Part shown: one piece after another, positions 37,861 to 49,760 of the stretch
Position numbering within the stretch: the stretch's first letter is position 1
Layout: each line of letters starts with the position of its first letter
Source of the DNA: Felis catus
Taxonomy: Eukaryota
NCBI RefSeq assembly: GCF_018350175.1
Contig: NC_058368.1
Coordinates: forward strand, 228,596,001-228,660,000
Direction: 5' to 3'
Length of the DNA: 64,000 nucleotides
Made by a program: the position numbers and the translations under genes
Notes under the pieces: model-generated
Databases searched by the model: none
Seen by the model: only the letters and a program-made list of their open reading frames with translations
What the model was told of the DNA's origin: nothing

Positions 37861-39205
37861 CATTTTTAAATTGCAGCCTCTACTTAACCTAGACTCCATA
37901 TTGTCAAAATGAAATAATTGTAAATACCTTTTTTTGCCCTGAAGTTCAGCCAGATGGCATGCCCCAGGTGTGAAGTTTCAAGCATGATTCTATTCAAATG
38001 TCAAAGGTTCCAGAACAAACTCCGCATACCAGCCACACTGTCTTTGCTCCAGACCCGAATTCTCTAGGGGGAGCTTGGATTCCATCTAGCAAAGTTCATA
38101 AGCAACCCTCCATCAAACAGAAGTAGGGATCTCACTGAATCTCTTTCTGCTTTTCAAAAGAATGTGTGGTAAGTGTTTTTTTTGTTTTTTTTTGTTTTGT
38201 TTTGTTTTGTTTTGTTTTGCCTACATCCAGGTTAGATAAAAGAGATGTTCTAGGGAATTAAGTGAGAGGCCCCTTCTCAGTCTTGGCAGGTTGAGGTCTG
38301 CAAGAGAGGAACTATTCCCAAGAAGAGTTTCAGCAACATGGTGCTTAAATGCCATAGGCCGTGAAAGTCAGAACTGAAGTTTCATGATTTCCACTGTGAA
38401 AAACACAGAGCCGGATTAATTTAAGATGAAGTATTGGTGGCAGTTAGATGGGGGGGGGGGGGGGGGGGGGTGGAATTTGTGGCAAGAGTCAGTCTTTTGA
38501 AGATAAGGATTTATTTGCTAATGATACTACTTTACATTGGTAGAGGTCTGTTAGATTTTCAAAAACATTTTGAGCAGATTGTTATTTTTTTCTTCCCCAG
38601 AACACAGGAGTTTACTCTCACCATTTCACAGTATTTGTAAGTCGAAAGCAGAAACAAACAAACGAACGAGTGAAAAGCACCTTGGCCTTTTAACCCAGAG
38701 GCTGGTGCCTGTCCCACTACATTTTGCTCACTAGCTTCTAAATATTGCCCCTTATTAGGTATGTGGTCTATTGTGGGCGTGTGGATACAATCCATTATAA
38801 TAAAAGAGCATCATTATTAGCTAATCTTATATATATCAACAATTCAGACAGAAGTACAAGACACTTAGTACTTGTTTTAATTAGAGTCATTTTTTATCCT
38901 CATATCCATTTTTTTGTGTGAATATTTTATCTCCTCATATTGGATTTACTAGATATTATTTCTCTCTCTTTGCCTTACTAAGCTCAGGGCCTAGGGGTTA
39001 GGCTTTACTCCAGGTAAGAAAGCAGGGAAGCGTGTGATCTTCCTGATTCTTCGGGGAAGATGGGAATGAGGGGTACTTTATCTCTAATAAACTTTTAGTC
39101 ATTCATATTTTTTTCACTGTGCTGGGACACAGGCAATGGTAGTGATGTCCATTCCAGCAGGATAAAGCTGATGTGCTATTAACAAAGACACTGTCCTTTT
39201 CTACC

Positions 39206-39273
39206 CTTTTAAAAAAAAATTATTTATTTATTTTGAGAGAGAGGGAGGGAGAGAGAGAGAGCAGGGGAAGGGC

Positions 39274-39362
<89 letters not shown>

Positions 39363-39467
39363 CCCAAGCGGGCTCCGAGCCCAACTCGGGGCTTGATCTC
39401 ACGAACCTGGAGAGATTGTGACCTGAGCAAAAGTCAAGAGTCAGACACTGAGCCACCCAGGCACCCC
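39206..39467 (-). mobile_element. CanSINE with expanded (GA)n
   Basis: Antisense head …ctgagccacccaggcacccc and about 80 bp of (GA)n. Confidence 0.9.
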
Positions 39468-41039
39468 TGTTCTTTTTTACTCTTTTACTCAAAGTCTCTT
39501 TCCCTACATGGAATGAAAGAGAAAGAAAATCCTGCTTTGCTATAACCACCTTTCAATTTGCATCTTTCATCCTGTTCCTATGCCAAATCCATCTCTACTG
39601 GAAAAGGAAAAAAGAAAAGAAGAAAAGAAAAAAAAAAGATATCTGTAAGTGGTTAAGACTTGTAGCACACAAAGCCAAAAAAAGTAGCATTGAAAGCTAT
39701 GACTTCATACTGACTTGTGCATCTAATGGCAAGGGGAAGATAGGTGATTTGATCAGATCTGATCAAACAGGTCATTTGAAAATCAAACTAAAATTGTCCT
39801 CTATATCCAAAAGCCCCAGGGATTATCAGTTAGCAATCTCATCTCCTCCCATAAAGTAGAACATAGTATAATATCTCATCTTATGGCCAATATGTTTAAT
39901 GAAACATATTAGATATTTTAGGTTAAAACTTATTATGAGTAATCACCTTCTGGCTGCATAACTTGTATCAATCAGCAAAACAGCCCTCGAGTAGATTGAG
40001 TGGCTATAAAATCCGAATAAAATCTCCACACTTTGTCCAACAATATGAAAATCAGGTCTGTGAACAGTGTGAGGACAGCATACATAAAGCCTCCAGGGAC
40101 TTGGAATACAATTGGAGCTCTAACAGTATTAGCATTTTAGTAACAAATGATATGCAGAGAAGGCTGGTTTCAAAAGATACGCTTAGGACTTCAGAGAACC
40201 AGTCCTGTGAGCGCCATTGGTATGATCTTCCTTTCAAATGCCACCCTAGCCTTTGATTGCCAACTTTGCTTTGACTCTGAACAGTATCAGTCTATAAAAG
40301 CCTAAAGGTTAGCTTTCCACTGGAGGAGTGTGTAAAGGAAGTGCAAGAGCGAAGCTGAAATCATAAAAAGAAAGCAGTGCAGCATGTCATGGGATTGCTG
40401 AAACTCTAAGGCACAAAATTAATCAGAGCCCATCCTTCTTCCCTTCCTAAAAGGCTGCAGGAATAGGAGACAAAGGAAAGGCTTCCCTTCCCTTCCCCCA
40501 TTGCTTGCCCTTTAATAGGCCACTCTCAGAGTTCTTCAAATGCCAGACAGAAGGTTAAAGAGACCTCTAGTTAAAATGCAAAATAGCTCTTACCCCGGAG
40601 GTATTTTGTGGTGAAAAGATTGAAACCCAGCCACAAGGAAGTTAATCTTAAAACCCTTTCAACAGAAGGTAAGGAAGAATCCTTGATTTTTCCTCTCTTT
40701 GATAGGGAGTAGCATCATTTAACTATGGAATCCTAAACTGTGTAGTTTATTTTCAGGATTTTTGAAAAATCCTGGTCTTTGAGGAGTCCATGGCATGAGG
40801 GAGGATCCAGCAAGAGCTGCTGGATGGTAATATCATATCTTCCATTCAGGTAAAAGAGTATAATGGTAATAATAATAAAACTTAGTATTTTAAAATATAG
40901 CCTTAAACCAACTTTCCATATATTAGTACCATATGCATTTTCCGTCATCCTTAATTAAACCAAATAAGTCAATTTAATTTAACTAACATTAAAACAACTC
41001 CTTGACTAATAATGAATGGAGTTCGTAATTATAAAAGAA

Positions 41040-41320
41040 TAATAATAGCTTATATTTACTTTGCATTTACTCATTTGTTATGTGTTAACTCCATGAGTTT
41101 TGCTCATCTGAATTCCCTTCATTCATATTAAGTGCCCTTCGGGGTTGGTCCATTACTATCTTTGTTCGTAGGGTTGGTCCATTACTATCTTTGTTCGTAG
41201 ATAAAAAGATTTAAGCAGAAAATTAAGGAGCTTGCCCAGAGACATATAGCTCAAAGCTGGTAGGACGGTATGAATCCAAGCAGGTGACCCCAAGAGCCCA
41301 ACCCGCTGACCACTACATTG
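41040..41320 (-). mobile_element. MIR relic carrying a 29-bp tandem duplication
   Basis: aataatagcttatatttac…aattaaggagcttgcccagagacatatagc…tgaatccaagcagg. Confidence 0.65.
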
Positions 41321-42699
41321 GGGCATCTCTGGTACAATGAGTCCCTCCCACGGACTAGATGCCCAGAGGATGTTTAGCCTCTTTCCCTTCTGAAGAACTC
41401 TGAGGGAAGCATTCCCACTAAATCTGAGTTTGTAGATTGCATCCTTAAATGTAAATAACAAGCTCAAGAAGTTGCATTCAAATTGATAGTTACATGCAGA
41501 TCAAATGATCTGTATTGTTCAAGATTATCTTTTTTTTTAATAAGACAAAATTCCGTGTGTATTGAAAACAAGGGAACAGAGGTCAATTTTCATCTCAGGT
41601 GTTTTGAAATACTTCGTAGGGCCTAGATAAGTAGTGAATAACCTCTGAGGCTAGTTACACACCAAGTATACACAGCGGCCTGGAAAAACTACACCCTCAC
41701 TCACTTTACACAAATATATTGTTAAGCCAAGTGGGATAGAAAGAGCCATCAGATTCACCAGGGAAACTCACTAAATTTCAGATTTCTTGGTCTCTGCTCT
41801 CAGACTCTTGGGCACGGGTGAGCTGACATACTAACTTTCAACAAATATCCTACTCATGTTAATGGAAAATGTTTGTGATTCATAATAAATGCAAACATGA
41901 AATATACTGTACCTCAGCCCCAAACCTTCTCAAGTCCACCCATGGACTTTCCCCCTTTGGGATGGCCAATATGGCTCTGAGACTCTTGGGAGCCTTCCAG
42001 CCTATAGGGGTCTAACTGGGATGTCATCACTGGAAACCGTAGTCAGAGAAGTGCCTGAGACGTGCCCACGCTTGCATGGACAGGCCACAGAAGAATTGCA
42101 GCTAGCAACAGTGATGAAAAAGAAAACAAATATGTGGCGGTGTTACAAAAATTGTAAAATCACCGAGGAAATGTAAATGTTATCATTATGCCTGCTATTG
42201 TTATAGTAAGTATTATTTGGTAGAGGAAGGACATTTCCTCATTGTGTTTAGATGCAACAGGAATTTATATTTCCTCTTTGTGTGGCTCATTTCATACAGC
42301 AGTTTTGAGTCATAAAAAGGGGAAAGCAGTTTTCACGATGAAAACGTTAATAATGGGGAGAAGCGTGTACATTATAACTGGAGATGGTTTCAGGACTCCT
42401 GCCACACCTGAGTGCTGTCTAACTTACAAAGTCCCACTCTGACAACCCTGCTCGGGAGACTCCTGCAAGCTGTCCCCTGCTCCATCAAGGCCACTGGGTA
42501 GTGTGGGGAGTGGGGACATGTTGTACCTCCGGGAAGTGCATTCTAGTGCGTGAAAAGAACAGGGGATCTCAGCAGAGCTACCTAAGCACAAAGCCCAAGT
42601 TCCTGAGGTCTGGCATCAGTGCATGGCATATGGATGGACCATGCCTTTCCTGAGGCCACTCATTTCCTTCCAGGCTCCCATGAATGTAATCTCCCATTT

Positions 42700-42855
42700 C
42701 CTTTCTTTTTTCTTTTTTCTTTTCTTTTTTTTTTTTTAAGTAGGCTTCTCGTCCAGTGCAGGGCCCCATATAGGGCTTGAACCCATGACCCTGAGATCAA
42801 GAACTGTGCTGAGATGGAGTCCAATTCTCAACCAACTGAGCCACCCAGGCGCCCC
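42700..42855 (-). mobile_element. Short CanSINE
   Basis: Antisense head …ctgagccacccaggcgcccc with T-rich tail. ctcccatttc on both flanks. Confidence 0.85.
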
Positions 42856-42989
42856 ATGAACTCCCATTTCTTAATGTTTCTGGTCATGTTCTCTGTTCCT
42901 TGCAATCAGAAGGGCCAGCAGTGTTTATTTTCTAAAATGGGAATGATTATTTTGGAGACATGAGTCTTGGATAGAGAAAAGAGATGCAC

Positions 42990-43411
42990 TGCCTTTCCTT
43001 GTATGGAGAGGTGGGTGTGGAAAAGGCACACAGGGCAGATTAAATGAACTAAGTGCCCGCATTCTTTCCTCCTTCTGACATCACAGTTTCTTCTCCTGTC
43101 ACTAAAGAGGTGGAGACCAGTGTCACTCCTCTTGATTCTGGGCTGGCCTTCTAAGTTGTTTGCACTTCGTCCCTTGACATGAGAACTTGTCATGGCTAGC
43201 CCGCAGAAGGGTGACAAAGCATGAGGGGCGGATTGAGTCACCCAACAGCCAGCCAGCCGTCCTATGCACAAAACCAGCCAAGATAAGCAGAACCACTTGG
43301 TCTCATTGTAGCGGACACCACACTCATTAGGAACAAACCGCCATTGTTTAAGCTAGTGATGTTTTGTATTGTTGGTTCTCTACCGTGACTGTGGCAATAA
43401 ATAACTGATAC
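42990..43411 (+). mobile_element. MaLR LTR (MLT1F/H-like)
   Basis: ccagccaagataagcagaaccactt…ttgtttaagctagtg…gtggcaataaataactgataca 3' terminus. The 5' limit is approximate. Confidence 0.6.
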
Positions 43412-43811
43412 AGCATAAAATGGACGCGGATGAAGACAACAGTGAAAATATTTGCCTGTTTGGGGTGAAGTAGAGGATGGTGTAGATTTATACTTGAAAA
43501 TTAATTGCTTTACTCCTCTAGTATGAATATACACAATTAGTGAGTTTAACAACATCAGTTAAAGTAGATTACATCTAATTTTAATTTAGTGTTCCTGGAG
43601 CTTCAAATCTTAGAGTCTTTTTAAAAAGAGATTACATATTATCTGTTAATTACATCTGTTGGGATTTATCACTTGCTTAGGTTCTCTGCCTCAGTATCAA
43701 CAAAACATTTTTACTAGGAACTTTTTATTCATTTTCTTAGTCACTTGAAAAGAACCTCTTGGTGTCCATTTTTTCACTTTCGTTAAAACCTACTACCCCC
43801 ATTTTTTCCAT

Positions 43812-44242
43812 ATGTTATGTCACTAGGAATCCATGCAGAAAAAAATGGCACACACAAATTAGGATACTTGGGATACTTTGAAGACAGTTGAACAAATGCA
43901 CCATCTACATAGGTCTGGGTGAGCTAACCCACAAGGTCATACACAGAATGTAGTACTGGATGGAAATAGCAGGGCTGATGATACTCAAGGTAGAAAGAGT
44001 AAGGTGATTGGTTTCTGCAACCTGAAAGGAGAGAGCCCTTTACAGAACCTGCAGGTGTAGAGTTGTGAGGATAAAAATCCCAAGCTTACTCCTCTTTTCT
44101 AATCTATGTCTTGGGATCTCTTTTATCCAAAGCCAATTTGTGGACAAAGTAGTCCATTGAGGCAGTTGATGTAGGGAGGCTTCAGAAACCAAAGCGAAGG
44201 TTGGAGATTAATCTGGAAAAGCCAATGTGAGCATGACAGCAC
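43812..44242 (-). mobile_element. ERV-L LTR (LTR33-like)
   Basis: Minus strand starts tgtgctg…ccagattaatctccaaccttc and ends tcctaatttgtgtgtgccatttttttctgcatggattcctagtgacataaca. Confidence 0.55.
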
Positions 44243-44439
44243 ATATGCCTCTCATATTTTACCAATGATCCTCCTTTCTAAATAACAAAGGAGGGCTTCC
44301 TGGCAACCTTGGATACTAGATGTACTGGGTTTTGAATCATCACTGCCCAGGAGTCAGATTATTAACATTATGCATTGAAAAACTTGCATTATGCCTTTTG
44401 TTGTCAAAACACCTCCTATCTCCCTAAGAATCAGTCTCA

Positions 44440-45035
44440 GGCACAACTCCTGCTCCCTGACCTATGTAACCTGCCAGCAATAGAAAACGATGCTGAAAAC
44501 TTGCCATCACATACCAGCCACTTGGCAGTAAATTGATTACACTGTGTTGTTATGCTTCTTCTACCCTGGAATCAACAGTCACTAATCTCTACTAGAATCA
44601 ACATGTTTCCAGCTATCAGTTTGTCTTGTTGGCTGGCACCACTATTGAAGGGCTTAAAAGGAGTGATTCATTGGGACAGTATCATGGGTAGTATTACCTT
44701 AAACCAAGGGGCTCACTAAATTTCAAAGGAGATGGGCAATGGGCACAGGGTGGTAGAATCTACTGGTTTTACTACACCATTCAAAAGCTACTGGAAATAC
44801 ACTCCCTTTTTGAAGGCATTGCTGAAGTGAGATGTTGGAGGAGATACGTTACATGGTGGGTTGCCATCTTCCAAGATGCAGTACGAGTCTGACATCAAAA
44901 ACTAGTATTTCAAGCTGTGCCTAGTAAAGATCGAATACATGGGTCTGCACACCAAGGTGTAGAAATAGGAGTGGCACAACTTCCCATCACTCCCAGTGAG
45001 CCACTTGGGAAATTTCAACCTCCTGTCTTCAAAAT
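44440..45035 (+). pseudogene. Decayed ERV-L integrase fragment
   Basis: Translated remnants in ERV-L integrase order: TCQQ (~44469), W.xIDY (~44523-44540), NQGAH for DQGTH (~44702), AIFQDAV (~44862), HGSAHQGVEIGVA (~44938). Confidence 0.7.
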
Positions 45036-45044
45036 TAAGTTACT

Positions 45045-46460
45045 TGCCAGGTGACTGTGAAGTGAGGAAAGGGATATACTCTCTCAATTTTTGAGGATCA
45101 CTTGAAAGTGACTTTATACTGATTCTGTTCCTAAAATATCCAGAATGGTCAGTCAGTTGGGTTAGGGGTACAGAAGGCCAAGTAAATAATGGACTTTTTT
45201 TGAGATTCCCCTTACAGTGGGTACGTTTGGCTCCTGAACACTTCTAATAGTTATCTTTCCGGTTTCTGAATGCATAGTTTGGTATAAACACACTCAGCAA
45301 AAAGCAGACACCTCATACTGGTTCTCTGATAGGTGGAGTCAGAGCTATTATAGTAGAACCCGTTTAATTGAAAATGCTAGATATATCTCTACCTAGAAAA
45401 CTAGTTAACCAAAAGCAATACTGCTTTCCTAGAGGGTCTGCAGAAATTGTCACTTTTAAGGACCTGAAGGATGCAGGGAGAGTGATTTCTGCCACATTCT
45501 TATTCTAGTAACCTGCCTGGTCTATGCCAAAAATATATGATCTTAGAGAATGACAATGGGTTATCATCAACTTTATCATGCAGCAACTCTAATTGCAAAT
45601 GGTGCTTCAGATGTGTTTTCTTTACTAGAGCAAATCAACATAGTTTTTGTTACCTAGGATGCAATTATTGATCTGGAGAACTTCTTTTTTTTTTCTCTGT
45701 ACCTTTTAGAAAGATCACCAAGAGTGGGCTTTCAGTATTCTGGCTGTTCACTGATCTACCTTGTAGGTATTCCAACTTCCAGCCTTCTGTCATTATCTAG
45801 TCTTCAAGGACCCCTATTGTCTCCCTGTTCCATAAACTATCATGCTAATCCACTCTATTGATAATATCTTGCAATTGGACCTGATTATCAGGAAGAAGTT
45901 ATTTTTAGCAGCTAGATATAGCAATCCCACATATGCATATTTTAACACTTTTAGGAGAGATACATCTTCCAGAGGACACAAAACAAATCCCTTGAAAATT
46001 CAAAGTCCTGCTACCTTAGTTAAATTTTGAAAGTTCCAGTGGTTCAAGTATGTTGAACAAGCCATTGAATGTGATCAAGATGCAACAGGAAAGATAAGCC
46101 ATTATATCTGGTCTGTCCTAAAAGCAAGAAAGAGGTATATTACATAATAGGGCGCTGTAAGTTATAGGTGGCATATTCCTCCTTCTTGTGTGCTGCTTTG
46201 ACCCATTTATAAACAACGCAAAACACTGACAATTGTATGCCAGTTCCTGTGCAAGGGAAGAATCTACAGTGGGCCCAACCTGTCAAGCAAGTTGCTTTGC
46301 CATTTGAAATACTTGTGCCAGACAAGGATGTTTTACGGAGACTTTGGGACCTTCAGGATTTTAGAGAAAAGTTATACTATTTTTTTTTCTTTTGCAGATA
46401 ATATTCTCCTTTGAAGAAGAGCTTCTGGGTTGCTTTGTGCTGTATTCTGCCAACACAGAA
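45045..46460 (+). pseudogene. Decayed ERV-L protease, RT and RNase H-connection fragment
   Basis: Remnants VTVKxGKG, IFPVSECI, KQYC, KDLKDAG, DVFSLLEQIN, LIHSIDNI (degenerate YIDD box), KIQSPATLVKF, YSPLKKS/LLGC. Many stops and frameshifts. Confidence 0.75.
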
Positions 46461-47870
46461 TAGTTCTGTGCAGAATGCCTAGCCTTGACCCAGAGCTATA
46501 CGCATCTCTGTGCTGGAAGCTGAGCTATCGCGGCCTGAGTGCCAGGGCCCGGGCTGTGGACGGATTGGTGACTGCAAGGAGGCCCGCCGACAGTGAAGCT
46601 TCTTGTACTCCCGCTTTTAGGTAATTTGGCCTTAAAACTACCTGGGGTATTGTCTGTCTGTTGGGGAATTGCCCTCAGCAGGACCCCTGGGAAAAGAACC
46701 CTTAGGGAAGAAAATAAGGTTCCGCAAGAAATGGTGCGGCCTTACTTTTAGCCCTTGCCATCCTCTATGGAGACTCCTCTACTTACAGGAAGGATAGCCT
46801 CGCACCTTTGCCAGCAAAGAGGGCCTGTAGAGGAGAGACGTATGGATTTTGAAAGCCTCACTCCGGCAACTAAGGAGTGTACCTCTGGGCACAGGTGACT
46901 TTAACCCCTAGGCCCACCTGGCCCCCCGGAGGCATTCCAGATGATGACTGAACCTAGTCGGTTAAGCTACAGAATGGTCCATTAATTCCTAGGTGAATTG
47001 TTTCTCTGAGAATGTGTGAGGCATGGGTTTCTAAGGCTTTTTCGGCCCCTTCCTGGCACCTCGGACCGAGGCAGACACATTGTTCTTCTGGCCTCATGTG
47101 GTTAGAAGGTCATGTCCCTGTAACTGTTCCACTTGAGGTGTTGAGAAATGGAGGGCCTTTCACGAGAACAGCAAAGCAAATGCTTTATAGACTATAGATC
47201 ATTATAGATAAACGCAGATGCATAATGGAATAATGTAAGAAATTAATCTATAATCAACGGGTATGCGGGAAAGTTAGGAGAAAATCACCATGTTATTTCT
47301 TAAAGGTTGTTTACACATGGGAACATTGTCAAAAGCAGGTAATGTTAGGAAAACATAGATGACGTACGCCGCAAGGAAACCACTAGCAACTATAATGCCA
47401 CATTTGCTACAATAAATCGACCAGTTCAACCCACTGCGGTTGTCTGTGTCCATTTTTATTTTAGTTTTAGTTTTTTATTTTAGTTTTTTATTTTCTAGTT
47501 TTTTATTTTAGTTTTGTTTTATTTTCACCGATGCCGTTCTTCCTACGGGAACCCCTGCTTGCTGGAGCTGGTCTCCGGCATCTCTGTGCACCTCTTCTGC
47601 TGGGGTTTTCCAGAGATAGTATACAGCATCTTTATTCATGCCTGATGGATGCATCCGGCAGCATTGGATCCATACGGTCACAGAGACTAGGTAGTGCGGC
47701 AGCTGGTACCCCAACCGGTTCCTGTTGCAAAGCCCTTTCCATGTCTTTCTTGAAAGGCTCATCCTTCTGTGTCCTTTACTAAAAGGGTTGGAGCAGTATT
47801 CCTAAATTCTTCCAATGATGGAGACTTGGGTGTGTGGTCCTCGAAGGACCATGATATTCCATTTCAGTGG
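46455..47870 (-). pseudogene. Second ERV-L RT/RNase H-connection fragment in opposite orientation, split by a young LTR
   Basis: Minus-strand remnants ERALQQ…DPML…KDAVYYLWKTP (47870 to 47587) continue past the LTR as LWVKARHSAQNYS (46504 to 46455). Compare ERV-L EKALQQ…DPMVLE…DAVWSLWQAP…FWSKA…NYS. Confidence 0.65.
46511..47580 (+). mobile_element. Solo LTR, betaretrovirus-like (class II), copy 1
   Basis: tgctggaagc…gagctggtctccggca with perfect 6-bp TSD tctctg (46505-46510 / 47581-47586). TATAAT at 47391-47396 and AATAAA at 47411-47416. Confidence 0.9.
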
Positions 47871-47999
47871 AGGACATCAACCATCTGCTTCTCAGCTCTT
47901 GATCATTTTTTTAATTATAAAGTGAAGAGATGCCATATTTTGCTGTTTGTTTATTATGCCCCTGGGAACATCATGATATGTATTTCAGTGTAGCCTGAG

Positions 48000-48820
48000 G
48001 TTGTGTGCTATGATTTTATTTACTTTCTTGCTCAATTTTTTTGACATAAAATTGCTTTTATAAACTTACTTAGTTTTCTATGTACCTATTCTATTTATTT
48101 TATATAAAATTTACCATATGCCTATTTGTGGTTTTTTTTTTTCTCACATGTATTCAAACATAGTACCTAATCTATTGAAGCCATTTTTCCCTTTGGAGAT
48201 GTACTCCTTGGCACAAGCTTCTCTCCTGATTCCATCTAGACTGGCTTCTCTTTTGAAATGTAAAGTTATTATCCTGAAACTCTTCTTTGCCACTTTGGTT
48301 CATTAAATCCCTCGTTTGATAGATTCTCAGTCCCCCATTTTTTTGACTTGTCCCTCTTCATCTGATGTGTACTATGACACGCATAGCATGTAAATATTTT
48401 GCATGTTTGATTGATGTAGTCTCTATCAGTTTTCTCAGTTTTTGAAACAACAATTTCTAGAAAAGGCCTGGGGAGTCTGATATATCTATTAGGGAATTTT
48501 CTATCAGTTTCTCTGTCTTCAGACACAGAGCTCATCTACACTTTGCTTGGAACTGAATGCTTCCAAAAGGCAAATCAGCCTGTTTTACTCCAGTTCTGGC
48601 CTCTGGATGTACTTCAGGTTTCTTATCTCTGAAAAGTTTACCACTTTATCAGCTTGCTGCCTTTCAAATACTTGCTGAAATCTTTTGTTCACGAGTGACT
48701 TTGCTCCCATTCTTTCTGTTTCTGAGGATTTATGTATCGTAACTTTTTGACTATCATTTTAGAAGACTTTTGACAGCAAGAAGATAAGTAGGTATGGGAT
48801 ATCTGCTATGTATAACTAGA
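48000..48820 (-). mobile_element. Ancient L1M/HAL1-like relic
   Basis: T-rich antisense L1-like sequence ending atctgctatgtataactagaa. Highly decayed. Confidence 0.4.
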
Positions 48821-49073
48821 ATTTTTATAGATTTTCTTCTAAACTTCACACAATTATCAAGGTATACATTTTCCCATCTCTAAAGAGGTGTGCTTCACAC
48901 AAAATCGTAATGATGAGTAATGAGCCCAAGCTCACAGAATGTTCATGGTGAAAGAGATCTTACAGATTTCTGGTACAATCCTCTCATTTTTCAAAAGACA
49001 AACAGGCCAATTTCATGTGAGTAATTAATAGCAAACTGGGAGAAAAACACATATATTCTGACCTGTTCTTTCT

Positions 49074-49304
49074 TTCTTTCTTTTTAAACTTTTTAATGTT
49101 TATTTATATTTTAGAGAGAGAGAGAGAGTATGTGTGTGTGAGCGGTAGAGTGGCAGAGAGAGAGGGAGACACAGAATCCGAAGCAGGCTCCAGGCTCCGA
49201 GCTGTCAGCACAGAGCCCGAAGTGGGGCTCGAACACCACAAACTGTGAGATCATGACCTGAACTGAAGTCGGATGCTTAACCGACTGAGCCACCCAGGCA
49301 CCCC
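49074..49304 (-). mobile_element. CanSINE
   Basis: Perfect TSD tgacctgttctttct (49059-49073 / 49305-49319). Confidence 0.95.
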
Positions 49305-49534
49305 TGACCTGTTCTTTCTAATCTTTATACATTCTTACTCTGATCAAACATTTTTTGGGACCAGCTATTACACTATGTGCCAAGGATAAGAGTTTGGATA
49401 AGAAATTATATGTGTGTTGGGGGAGAGCTGTCTATTGGGCTGTAACTCAGTGGTGAAGAGGGACATTTGAAATTTCTCAAAGCATATTAAATATTATAAC
49501 TTTGTATTTGCAAAACTTAAAAGTGATAGTTTTA

Positions 49535-49760
49535 GGGGCGCCTGCGTGGCTCAGTCGGTTAAGCATCCGACTTCAGTTCAGGTCATGATCTCACAGTTTG
49601 TGGGTTCGAACCCCACTTTGGGCTCTGTGCTGACAGCTGGGAGCCTGGAGCCTGCTTCAGATTCTGTGTCTCCCTCTCTCTCTGCCCCTGCCCCATTCAT
49701 GCTCTGTGTGTGTGTGTCTCTCTCTCTCAAAAAAGGAATACACAATAAAAAATAAATTAA
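49535..49760 (+). mobile_element. CanSINE
   Basis: ggggcgcctgcgtggctcag head. TSD aaaa(g/a)tgatagtttt. Confidence 0.95.

Noticed and set aside
47012..47197. 61-aa ORF shared by both LTR copies (also 59953-60138) as a functional gene
   Set aside because: Of 6 differences, 4 are nonsynonymous and 2 synonymous, which looks neutral. An open frame is expected at this identity.
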